Origin: Azolla caroliniana | Lineage: Eukaryota > Plantae > Polypodiophyta | Reading direction: 5' to 3' | Assembly (NCBI GenBank): GCA_043228905.1 | Contig: JBHGNT010000003.1 | Span: 5,146,001-5,210,000 of the forward strand | DNA length: 64,000 nucleotides | Program-made: the position numbers and the translations under genes | In this document: positions 1 to 12,058 of the stretch, one piece after another | Layout: every line of letters begins with the position of its first letter | Position numbering within the stretch: position 1 is the first letter of the stretch | The notes under the pieces: generated by a model | What the model was told of the DNA's origin: nothing | Database searches by the model: none | What the model saw: the letters and a program-made list of their open reading frames with translations, nothing else

Positions 1-2139
1 CCCTCGATACCCTTGGACGGTGATATTCCACAAAGGGTGTGGAGCGGCAAAAACATCTTGATGACGTACCGACATCGGATGGGATTCGTCTATCTTGCCT
101 ATGTGCATGTTGCAAAGGACCAAAGGGGGAAGCTAGACCCAAAATCTTAGCCATGTATATTTCTCAGCTACAACGACGACGAATTCGGTTATCGGCTAGG
201 GGACTTAGCCGAGAAGAAGGTGAGTAGGAGCCGGGATATTGTTTTCATGGAGGAGAAGACATTTGTCGATTGGGAGATTGAGAATAAGTCTCCAACTACC
301 GAATCGAGCCGAGTCGATGCTTGGCCGAATCGAGTAGAAGTCGATTCGATTGAAATCAAATATGAGCTAGTCAGCCGATTTAATACTTGGCAAAATCAAG
401 AACCGACTGAAGAACAAGGGGAACTAGCCGAACAAAGAATCGAATTCAACTGGGCTGAAGAAGAACCGACTATATTGAATGGAGGCAGAAGATATCCCTT
501 AAGAGAGAGAAGGGCCCCCCAAAAATTTCTAGATGAAGAGCGTGTACTGCTAACCAATGAGGGGGAGCCAAAGAGCTTTGAGGAAGCAAAGAGAGATACA
601 CACAACCGAAAGTGGTTAAGTTCCATGCAAGAGGAGATGGATTCCTTGCATGAGAACCACACATACAAATTGACCAAGTTGTTGAAAGGGAAAAGGCACT
701 CCGGAAAAAGTGGGTATACAAGCTGAAGCCGGGAGATGGCGAAAATCCACCGAGATATAAAGCCCGAATTGTCGTGAAGGGCTTCCAGCAAAAGAAAGGT
801 GTAGATTTTGACGAAATATTTGCCCCAGTCGTAAAGATGACGTCAATCTGAACAATGTTGAACATAGCGGCTAGCATGGATCTTGAAGACGAGCAACTAG
901 ACATCAAGATTGCACTCCTTCATGGAGATTTGGAGGAAAAGGTATACATGCACCAACCGAAAGGATTTGTGGAGAAAGGTAAAGAGAACGTGGTATGCCG
1001 ATTGAGGAAGAGCTTATATGGGCTGAAGCAAGCACCTCGGCATGGTACCTAAAATTCGAATCCTTCATGACCGACAACGGGTACCACAAAATGGAGGCTG
1101 ATCACCGCGTGTTTGTGAAGAAGTTCGACGAAGGAGATTTTCTCATACTCCTGCTATATGTGGACGACATACTGATAGTCAGACGAAACCATAAAAAGAT
1201 TCGAGCTCTAAAGAAGGCCTTGAGTGGGTCATTCTCGATGAAGGATGTGGGACCGGCAAAACAGATCTTGGGAATGCACATTGTCTGAGACAGGACAAAG
1301 AGATTATTGTGGTTGTCACAGGAGAAGGAGAAGTACGTGACAAAAGTGCTCCAGAGATTTAACATGGAAAGCGCGAAACCGGTCGGCTCGACACTACCGA
1401 CAAACTGTAAGCTGACTGGAAGCCAAAGTTCGAAATTGAAAACCGAGAAGGCGGAGATGAATAAGGTCCCTTATGCCTCAATAGTCAGAAGCCTGATGTC
1501 TGCAATGGTTTGCACGAGGCTAGACATTGGATACGCAGTCGGAGTGGACAACCAATATATGAGCAAATCCCGGAAGATGGCATTGGGTAGCCATCAAGTG
1601 GATACTGTGGTACCTGAGAGGCACCTCGAGTGTGTGTCTCCGATTCGGCTCAGGTAACCCCAAATTGGAAGGTTATATTGATTCAGACATGTCGGCTAAT
1701 GTGGATACCAACCGATCCACGTCTGAATACGTAATGACGTATGCATGGGGGAATTGTTTCGTGGCAGTCTAGGTTGGAGAAGGTCGTGGCGATGTCGACC
1801 ATGGAAGCCTAGTATATGGCTGCAACAGAAGCCGGCAAGAAAATAATATGGATGAAGGAGTTCATCGGAGAGTTGGGAATTTGACAAGAGGAATTCCGCC
1901 TCCACTGTGATAATCAGAGTGCCATCCATCTTGCGAAAAATGCCGCCTACCACTCGATAACCAAGCACATCTAGAGGAGATACCATTGGCTCTGAGAGCG
2001 AGTAGAAGAGAAGGAGTTTGCTCTAGTGAAGATCCACACGGTCGAAAATGGATCAGATATGCTGACAAAAGTGCTATCAGCAGAGAAGTTCAACGAGTGC
2101 CGACAAAAGGTCGGATTGGTGTACCCCATGCCGGAGTGA
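1..2139 (+). mobile_element. Degenerate Ty1/copia LTR retrotransposon pol (integrase end, RT, RNase H), truncated by window start
   Basis: ORF fragments carry copia motifs: EPKSFEEA, W..SMQEEMDSL, LLHGDLEEKVYMHQPKGF, SLYGLKQAPR, LLYVDDIL, and at the 3' end HCDNQSAIHLAKN and DMLTKVL. Several frameshifts and stops. Confidence 0.95.
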
Positions 2140-2149
2140 AGGGGGAGTT

Positions 2150-2716
2150 TGTTGGATAACGGGTCCCTCCGAATGGGAAGTGGAGCTCGAATCGAGGAAA
2201 AAGGGAGAACCATTTTGCACGGAGTCAATGAGTATTTCGGCCAAGGCCGAAATCGAAACTCAACTATATAACCGATTTGTGAGACCATATTTGTAAATAG
2301 CCTAAATGTGCCCATGTGGGCTATATCTATAAATAGCAAGAAAGTTGTATAAGTATATATACAACTAGGGCAAACTTTATGGTTAGCGATAATCATCATT
2401 GTTGTATAGTCAGAGAAGGTAGTTGCCTCTGTATCTGTGAGTGAGTGAGAGAGACTAAGAGTAGTAACTCTGCCGCCGTCTGTCAGATGAAGAAGATCTC
2501 GAGGTTGTTGCCTCCGAGTATCTTACTGTACTCCCCCTTATCATAGTGATTCTGTTTCTTGGGGTTTTTGGACCCCCGTGGTTTTTCCCTTTCGAGTTTT
2601 CCATGTAAAAGATCTTATGTCTCCGTTTTTCGTTTTCTGTCTGTGTACTAACCTTCTTGATCTTTGCACCCAAACATTTGAAGTGAAATCGGTTGTGGTC
2701 GGTCACGATCCTAACA
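2150..2716 (+). mobile_element. 3' LTR of the copia element (~567 bp)
   Basis: Preceded by polypurine tract gagtgaagggggag. Starts TGTTGGAT and ends ATCCTAACA (imperfect inverted termini, TG..CA). Internal TATA-like ctataaata at ~2327. Confidence 0.85.
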
Positions 2717-2779
2717 TATTTCGATGACAATAGGGACCTTTTTAGCCCCAAAAAATGATCATAAGGTAAATAATGATAA

Positions 2780-3575
2780 TTTTTGGGGGCTAACAAGGTT
2801 TGTAATGTCATAGAAATCATCATGAGCACCCCCATACACTATTAGGGTTTATGAATAGGACATACCGTAGGAAGCTAACTCAAGCCATTGCCAAAAGGTT
2901 GCCTACATTAACAATTAGTGATTTGCGCAACTAATAGATTACACTAGTAAATCCATGGCCATTGACTTCATGGTTATTGTAGTAAATATGTTGTTCATGT
3001 ATGAAAGGCCAAATGACCATTGGACTAGAACTATTATCATGAGCGCCCCCAAACAATAATATTAGGGTTCATGATTAATTCACATAAGAAGCTAACCCAA
3101 GCCAATCATCATGAGGTCCCCACACTTTTGGGGATCATGACCAAGGCACTACATAGGAAGCTAACCCAAGCCATTGCGAAAAGGATGGCAACATAAACAA
3201 TTAGTGATTTGAGTGATTGATAGGTAAGTCCATGGCCGTTAACTTCGTGGGATATTATAGTATATATGGTTTCCATGTATGAAAGGCCAAATGGCCATTG
3301 CACTAGAATCAATACTAGGTAGGGTTCATGACTAGGACATGGTGTAGGAAGCTAACCCAAGCCAATCGTCACGAGGTTCCCACACACTATTAGGGTTCAT
3401 GAGTAGGACACAACGTAGGAAGCTAAGCCAAGCTATTGCCATAAGGTTGACTACATTAACAATTAGTGATTTGAGCGACTGATAGATTACATTGGTAAGT
3501 CTATGGTCATTAACTTCATGGGTTATTGTAGTATATATCGTGTCCATGGATGAAAGGAAAAATGATCATTGGATG
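2780..3575. repeat. Degenerate tandem repeat
   Basis: Recurring blocks ttagggtt(c/t)atga..ggaagctaacccaagcc and acaattagtgatttg..catggcc..aacttcatgg..atgaaagg, in three long copies plus partial ones. Confidence 0.75.
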
Positions 3576-5250
3576 AAGACCTTGTGGTTAATATAAATAG
3601 AGTAATTGATTAGCTAAACTAATTAATTTAGTCTGACATTTTGAAATTTGCATAGTAGGGGTTCTCCTCCTCTTCCCTTTATGCCTCTCTCTTCCCTTTA
3701 TGCCACTTTTTTTTTCCCCTGGAAAAATATCCTTTCATTAGTTATGAACAATTATTACAATAAAAACTGACCTACCATCAAGCTACCATTGATCTGGTGC
3801 ATTCTTCCTTAGGTCCCATCCACCACTCCTTAACCAAGTTATGTGATTGGTGGTGGGAACAACCATACTGGTGGTGCTAAGCACCATTTAGGTCTTGAAT
3901 TTTGTACTATGAGAAAAGGGCCCTTCTTCCAATAGGCAATAAATTTGAGACGTTGCAACATTACAACATCTGTCTCACCTTTAATATCCTCATACCGCCC
4001 TTTCAAGGTATGTACCACCTCCATCAAAACATTTTGTACACTTTCCACTGGATGAACATTAGTATTACCAAACACCTTAGAACACCTAGCAGTCCAAATA
4101 AACCACATTGTGGTGGTGCATAGTAGCTCCCATACTTCTTGCATTGTCTTTAACATGTAAGGAGCCTCCATTTGACTTCGTTGCACCACCATTATCATTC
4201 CTCTTTGAATTCTAATAATCATGTCATTTGGGCATGCCTCATATGGCCACATCACTTGTGCCACTATAGCCCATACTACCATACCCCACGAAAAACTGCA
4301 ATCCCTAAACATACAGGCAAGAACTCAGACCACTCATCTCCAAACTTGTTGTGCAGCATGACATTCCCTTTATGCCACTTATTACGAGTCATATATATGG
4401 GTTATATTCTTGTAGAATACTAACCATGGAGACATAGTCACTTAGTGTTGATTACCTTGGCAATAACTAGTTATAAGCATATGCAACGTATTGCTTCACA
4501 CACTCCCAAATAGTATCCTATTGAGTTATGGTGGGAGAATTGTTTGCATTTGTGGGCACTTTTTATGTTGTGAGACGGATTCCTATGGATTCATAACTCA
4601 GAATGAAATATTTTTACATCTCCTTTCTTTTTCGAATGCCTAGGTGACTTAGATTGGCATATAAGAATGGTGTGTAAGAAAGAGAACGCATAAGCAAGGT
4701 GAAGATGCCCAACCAATAATCAACACATTCACGAATGGCACACCTCCTATAGAAGATGATGAAAGAATTAATTTCAAAGAAAGAGAAGCAAGAGGCCTAC
4801 CAAATAAGCTAAGAATGGTACTTTCACATCAACCCCCGTAGATTCGATACATTGAAATGATGCCCTATTCATACACAGATGACGTGACAAGTTGGTATAC
4901 TAAAGAAAATGTGGAGTATGACAAGCCAATGGTCTTTGTCTTTTTCTAAAAAGAGTAGGGATGAGGGTTCAGCAATGAGCGATAAAGCTTTGGATGGTCG
5001 AACACGAACATTTGATGGAATGGAGTCGTCAGTGCGCATCAGAAGGAGCTCTCGAAGGGGGTTCGGTCCGCTCACACAACGAGCAAGCTTGGGTTCAGGG
5101 TCGGGATCGGCGATAAGGGTCAGATCATCTTGCGGCATGCATTTCGGTCTCGGACAAAGAAAGGTCAAAGTTCCAAGGCTTGGCCAAACATCACTAGAGA
5201 TACATAACAAGCGGAAGAAGGAAGAAGGCATTATTTGGGTATGCATGCAT

Positions 5251-5305
5251 GATGTGTATGTATGTATGTATGTATGTAGTATGTATGTATGTATGTATGT
5301 ATGTA
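5251..5305. repeat. (ATGT)n microsatellite
   Basis: Run of gtat repeats read directly. Confidence 0.9.
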
Positions 5306-5388
5306 GGTCTCTGAGTCTCAACCCAAACCCTGTTTCTCTGACTCTCTCTGTCTGTCTCTGTCCATCCATTTCCTTGGTGGGTTCCGAG

Positions 5389-5709
5389 ATGGGCCTGTTC
5401 GGGAGATGGCGCACCTCCAAGAAGACGGCCGGGGAGAGCCCTGCTCCGCAAGACTCACAACCCAACCCTAACCCTAATAGCCCTGCCCCTGCCCCGAATG
5501 CTCAAGCAGAAACAAGCGTTTTCGAGTTCGGATCGTGTACCAGGTATGGCGATGGCGGTGCTGGCAAGGGAACAGCGAAGGTAGAAGGGGAGGAGGCAGG
5601 GAAGACCCTGGCTGGCTTCTGCCCCGTCTCTGAGCACTTAGAGCCATGTCGCTGGGAGCTCCTCCCCTCCAGCTCCGACAATGCCCCGCTCTTTCGCATC
5701 CTCTTCTGA
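5389..5709 (+). CDS. Small intronless uncharacterised protein (106 aa)
   Basis: GC-rich ORF from MGLFGRWR..., Pro/Asn-rich linker, then VFEFGS and TLAGFCPVSEHLEPCRWELLP..APLFRILF, which resembles a conserved plant unknown protein (from memory). CT-rich leader. The upstream part of ORF 4909-5709 is microsatellite read-through. Confidence 0.75.
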   Translation: MGLFGRWRTSKKTAGESPAPQDSQPNPNPNSPAPAPNAQAETSVFEFGSCTRYGDGGAGKGTAKVEGEEAGKTLAGFCPVSEHLEPCRWELLPSSSDNAPLFRILF

Positions 5710-5736
5710 CAGCATGCAAGTGAGTTTGATTTAGGG

Positions 5737-5769
<33 letters not shown>

Positions 5770-6533
5770 CCCGTTAGGTTTTTAGAGCTTCATGTTTCAG
5801 AACATTTCAGGAAGGTTTTCTTTTGAATGCTCGCATAAGCACACTCAAAATTGTTGCATGTTGAGTGAGTGAGGGCATGGATTGCCACACATACCTCCTC
5901 TTATTCGTTTCCGTGTTATAATGTATACATTTTTCCATTTGTTTTTGGTTTTGGTCCAATGAACAGTTCACTCTCTCGCCCATCTTTATAACATTGAAAG
6001 AAAAGGCCATGTCCTTTCAGATAATTTTTGTTGTGGGCTTTCTAGATATTGTATATCGAGTCAATAATTATCAAATGTAAATGGGATCAAGTATCATAAC
6101 GCTCTCTGGCTTGCAAAATCCGATTTTTATGTGTCAATTCTGATATGGAACATGAAGCAATCGAAGTTTTCTTATCCGTAAAAAATGATTAATAATCAAG
6201 TGTACATGCAAAAATCAAAGCTATTCATCCAGGTGTTACCAAGAGGGAAAAAACTGTAAAGCAGTGAAGATCTTATGCTAAAACCATCCTCATGTAAGAA
6301 AAGGGACATCATAGTCCTCATAAAAGGTACAACATAACAGAAGCATGCAGTAATCAACTATATGGGTTAAATTCTTTATCTCTTAAGCTGATGTTGATGC
6401 AGTGCAATGGTTGATGATGTTTAAATGTCATTAAACTATCCTCATCATTATTAACATATTCTCAGGCCTTAGTACTGAGTAGCTTGTGGTATTAAATAGT
6501 TTGTGGCACTATAGTGCTCATTAGAGTTGCATG

Positions 6534-7224
6534 AACTGCGATTGGATTTGTTCAACCAATCCAGGCATAAGCTATAACAGAAGAATCAGTCATGTGGTTA
6601 GAAGAGTTGTATATAGTTGAATCACCACCATAACAATGTAGGTTTAAAACTGCGATTGGATTTGTTCAACCAATCCAGGCATAAGCTATAACAGAAGAAT
6701 CAGTCACGTGGTTTAAATCACCACCATAACAATGTAGGTTTAAAACTGCGATTGGATTTGTTCAACCAATCCAGGCATAAGCTATAACAGAAGAATCAGT
6801 CACGTGGTTTAAATCACCACCATAACAATGTAGGTTTAAAACTGCGATTGGATTTGTTAAACCAATCCAGGCATAAGCTATAACAGAAGAATCAGTCACG
6901 TGGTTTAAATCACCACCATAACAATGTAGGTTTAAAACTGCGATTGGATTTGTTCAACCAATCCAGGCATAAGCTATAACAGAAGAATCAGTCACGTGGT
7001 TTAAATCACCACCATAACAATGTAGGTTTAAAACTGCGATTGGATTTGTTAAACCAATCCAGGCATAAGCTATAACAGAAGAATCAGTCACGTGGTTTAA
7101 ATCACCACCATAACAATGTAGGTTTAAAACTGCGATTGGATTTGTTCAACCAATCCAGGCATAAGCTATAACAGAAGAATCAGTCACGTGGTTTAAATCA
7201 CCACCATAACAATGTAGGTTTAAA
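6534..7224. repeat. Tandem array, 96-bp unit x7 (first copy has an 18-bp insertion)
   Basis: ctgcgattgg recurs at 6536, 6650, 6746, 6842, 6938, 7034 and 7130; copies are near-identical. Confidence 0.97.
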
Positions 7225-10200
7225 TGGCTTTTGTATGGATTTGATGATTCTGTCAATGATGGAAGGCAGCTTCAATCCAATCAATCCAAGAGTGGGCTAA
7301 TTAGTTTGATATCATGTTATAGAAGCCCAATTCCTTACCATATCATACAAGAGAAGGCGAGTTACGAGATTGAAATCTTGTTAAACTCTCATTTGCATAT
7401 CCTTGATAGAAGGGATCTGAAATTCTAGTGAATATTTTGCCAACATATTAATGATAATTGTATACTTGAACCTATAAAACAAGATAATATAAGATAATCA
7501 GCTCCATACAACGAGAGTGGAACACAATGGCTGAAATGGGTCATTTGTTTATTCTTTTAAATGGTAATGGAGGTTTTTTGGTTGAGTCAAACTCCAATGC
7601 TATGCCAAGTTTAGGCAGCGGCAAATTAATCAGGGCTTTATAGAGTATGCACTTAAGCAAAATGTAGTTGATAGAGGGACTTGCATATCTGACAAGACTC
7701 TCCTGATTCGAGTAAGCATAAGAAAGAAATTTAATTGAAGTTAATGGTGTTTTCCAAAAATCTATAGTTGAAGTTTGGTTATGAGGCAACTAGTTCTCAT
7801 CAAGTACTTGTCATTGTTTGGGACCAACTGCAATACAATGTGGGTAATCCAATCCATCCCAAAAAACCTTTTTAGCACTTGTCTTATGGAATGTTTCCTT
7901 TATAGATGTTGCTATCCGATGGACCATATCTTTGTCATTTTACCTAACCAGGTTATCTCTCTTTTGTGGGGAAGGACTCTGATTTGTGAACCTCATTATC
8001 CACCATGAATGATTAGATCATAAACATCAATATTCCTATATTTTATCACTTAATCTTTCATGCACAATTTTCATTAGTCAAAATTTCATCATTTATCATT
8101 TTATGTGTATGATTGTCAAAGAGTTCATTATGTGCAAAAATCCTGAGCGGGCATTATATGCAAAGGACCACTTATTAACCAAATATCCTGGTAAATGAAA
8201 GACATGATGAATGTTATGTTTTCCTTTCAAACTACACACAAGAAAATGATAATGCGTGTGTCATAGAGTTTAAGTATCTATTTGAAGCATGTTGTTGGGT
8301 GTAATCTGAAAATACCTGAGTTAACCATTCACTCAAAAAACCTAAAGTGGAGAAGCTCTTTGTAAGCTATACATTCTTGTTTCTTCATCTACTATCACTT
8401 TCCAAACTTAACGATGTGATATAAGTTTCTTGTGTACACTTAAATTAGATTATTTGAAAGAAAAGGGTTCCAATTTCTTCATCTAGGGATTGTTAAAGCC
8501 CTTAGTACATAATTCATTTGTAAACTTTTGCTTTATGTTATAAGGATAAGGAAAGTGATTAGACATTGCTCATGACCCGAGATTCTCAAATAGATATTGT
8601 GGGGTGTGTATCAAAATGCACACCAAATTTGGTAGAGAGTATTTGGTGAAACTATGGTAATTTATGGGGTCTATAAGGCACATTCGAAGGAAGAAATTTG
8701 ATGGATGAATGACAAATGGCGGTGAATGCATTTATTACCAAGCTACATTCTAGTAAACGTTTGGAAATATTAACTTATAAAGGGCTTGCAAAATTACATT
8801 AACACTCATTCAGTGGTATGGCTACATTGATCCATTTGGGTGAGCTTATATCATATGCTCGCAATGGCTGAATAAATACCATCTTTTAAGTTTTCTCATA
8901 AACACAGTGCATAGATATGTGTAATGCTATTGTAATAAACTAATAGGGTTGAGCATAATGGGGCATCAGTATCCATTACATGTTATTTTATCCATGACCT
9001 AATTCATTGTTAAACTGAATGTGCCATGTACTGCTTAGTATTTAACCAACTTATGTACTGCCCAGTATTTAACTAGCTTATGTTATGAACCTTTCTGCCA
9101 CTTTGTGATTTTTTATTGATACTTGAATACTTTTGCTCTAAATAATTATGTAATGTTGGTAACAAAATGTTAGTGACAAATGGTTTTTTCATTATGAAAC
9201 ATTATCTCAATGTCACATGTACTAACATTTTGACCATTTTGTGTGGGGTATGTTCAATTGGGAGTGGATAGACTTGAACAACATAGACTGGCTAATACAT
9301 ATGGAAGAATGAAGCATCTTATATCGGATTCCTAAGTTCAATTCCAATGGAATGATGAAGCAATGGAGATTTATGCTAATGTGCACCTAAGCGAACAAAT
9401 ACATAAAGAATGATCCCTCAAAGTATGATAGCCATATTTCATTTGATTAGGGTTGCCATTTATACATGGTTTACTGACCCAAGGACTACACTCAACTATT
9501 GCATTTAACTAGAAAACTATCTAATCCATTTATAGTAAGCAAATGTTTGTTGTTAATTGTTTACATCAACACTCCCCTTCAATCATCCATCTAGTTGCTC
9601 AAACTTTGCTTCGTCTTTTGGTTCTATAAACTCATACATAATAGTGTTGCCTAAATTCTCCCAACGTTTGCTTCCTACTCTTTTGTTTGGTAGCATTGAT
9701 TCTCTTACGGAAATGTTCTAGAATCGCTTCATTATTTGGTCATGGCCTAGGGCATTCAAAAAAATGTCTTGTACTCTACTATTGAGAACAATTATACACT
9801 TGGTTCTTGGCTATCCAATAAAATACCTTAGAGCCTTAGAGAAATAATATCTTAGGTAGACTTTTTTGTCCTTTCGATCACAAGCCCAGTTAGAACATCG
9901 TTGTAACAATATTCTACCTTTAAATTGCAATTTAATTAATAGAGATATTGAAACATTTGTTCCTCCTTTCGTATTCACTTTTAAAGTTAAGCACATCAAC
10001 AACTGCATTAAAATATATCCTTTGTTTGTTAGCTAATCAATCTGCTTCAAAGCATTAACAAGTTCAATAGATTAATATCATATCAACATTATTAATCCAA
10101 GGTGCATGGTTAAGTGACAACCACACTTAATTTCTTTATCAATTTCTGAAACAATAAGTTCAATAGGTCATAAGGGCATAATCCCATTATGTGGACCAAC

Positions 10201-11179
10201 ATTATTGATGCCAAAAACATCCTTACATTATTATTGATGCCATTATATATATATATCTATATATATATATATTCAAAAGTAATTTTTTGAAAATCTATTC
10301 CATAGTTTTGTAAACTCGTTAGTCGTTGATAGCATATTTTCCTAAGATCTAATAAAATAAGGTGAAGAATTGACATGGCCATACCTTTTTTAACTGGATC
10401 CTTGTTGTGAATGAATGACGTAATTAAATAAATCATGACGACGTCTTTTAATAACAAGTTAATAGTGCAAAAATAATTGAGAATTCGAATGGGGGACTAT
10501 AGTACAGGTTTTGAAGTCAAGTTTATAGAGAAAATTGATTACAATAGGTCAAGTTGTTGGCTGCAATGTTAGCAAACTCCATAGCAAATTATGGGAGAAC
10601 TCGTTAAGAAGATGGAGCGTGTCTTGTAAGGTGCCTAAAGGATATGGTTAGAGTTTGGCATCAAGTTTTGTTAAGGGACAAAGCTAAATCATCTAAAGGC
10701 TCTAAGCTCTACCTTCAAAATCATTACTCTCTAGGGTTGGGGATGCTTTCTTGGACAAGCTAGAATAGTAGAGTAACTCATTGTTGTTGGTGAAGCCAAA
10801 GTCAAGGTGACATGTTATCTGATATATGAAGAAGCATAGATGAGAAAAGCTTACCATGACTTTACTCCACCTTGTGTAGAAATGGGAAATTTGGACATCT
10901 ATAAGATAGCAAGTTGCTTCAAACCTCCTTAGAACCTCATAGTGCAACTTATAAAAAACAATTTGAGTTGCCAAGTGGTTTCATTGCATAGGGAGCAACA
11001 CTAACTTGCGAACCGTGATCATTGAAAGCCTAGATACATTATTAAATTGATGCCTTAAAGTGCCATTTCCATCCCAAACACATCCAATGTGAAGAAATTT
11101 TAATCCCACATCTATTTTGACAAGTGATAAGAAAGAAATGGTCAACTCTTAACTTATGAAAACAATAAATATTGTGTCA

Positions 11180-11400
11180 CGAAACTTCTTCCACGACCGT
11201 TCGATTGGTCGGTCGAACCTTGTACTATGTAAGTGTTGTTCGCTGAATCGTTAGCAAATGATTTTCTCCGAGCTGCTTCAGTTAGAATTGCACTTGTGAT
11301 TGAGGAGTACTTAACGGTAACTGTCGATGCATTGCACATGGTTGTAACGAAAGTTTCCCACGACGAAGGGAGATTACTCTTGTGTTCTAACGGAAGGATC
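11180..11400 (-). mobile_element. Copia gag (UBN2-like) fragment
   Basis: LPSSWETFVTTMCNAS...SAILTEAARRKS is typical copia gag. A minus-strand PPT/LTR junction (aacactccccttc) at ~9568 suggests more copia debris nearby. Confidence 0.6.
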
Positions 11401-12058
11401 AATACTACCAATATGTCACCGTGAGGACAAACCCTACCTATGATATTTGTTCATGAATTATAACAAACTACTGCATGATTTGCCTAATTCAATAATTCCC
11501 CTAAAAATCTCGTTGATGTATGCATGTCGCCAAGCAACCCAATTCATACCTAAGTAAGATTCGTTTATCATGAAAGAATCAATCAACTGTCAAGTGTATG
11601 GACAAGCAAATCATACTCACCAATCCATGTTAGATTTCGTCGGTTTGACCATTGCCCGTGCCATTGCTTCCATACAACTTGGCTCTGACGAGGCGACTGG
11701 TGTGCTTACGAGTGCAAGTCCGAACCTATCTCTACAGACATCTCTCTTGTTGTCATAACTCTCAGCTCTCACATGCGCCTTTGGTCTCTGGACTCTCATA
11801 GTGTCCGCAAATGTTCTCACTTTGGTCCCCCTGGCCCACCCCCCATTTGTGAAAATATGAACAATTGATTTCCTCTCTTTCTCTTTCTCTACATACATAT
11901 TTCAGGAGAATCTCTCTGTTCTCTCTTTCTCGCTCTCTCCATCTCGATTCTCTACATGCATATTTCTGGACAATCTCTCTGTTCTCTCTCTTTCTGGATG
12001 TTTGCGTGTATGTGTTTTGCTTCTTGAAGCAGAAGAGGAGTCTGCTTACCAGTGATCG

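Noticed and set aside
3839-4312. 157-aa minus ORF
   Set aside because: No coherent domain; at most decayed retroelement gag sequence.
4869-5465. 198-aa minus ORF and the N-terminal extension of ORF 4909-5709
   Set aside because: Both run through (ATGT)n and CT microsatellites; low-complexity read-through.
6534-7224. Palindromic repeat array as CRISPR
   Set aside because: Whole units are identical with no unique spacers; eukaryotic context; no cas genes.
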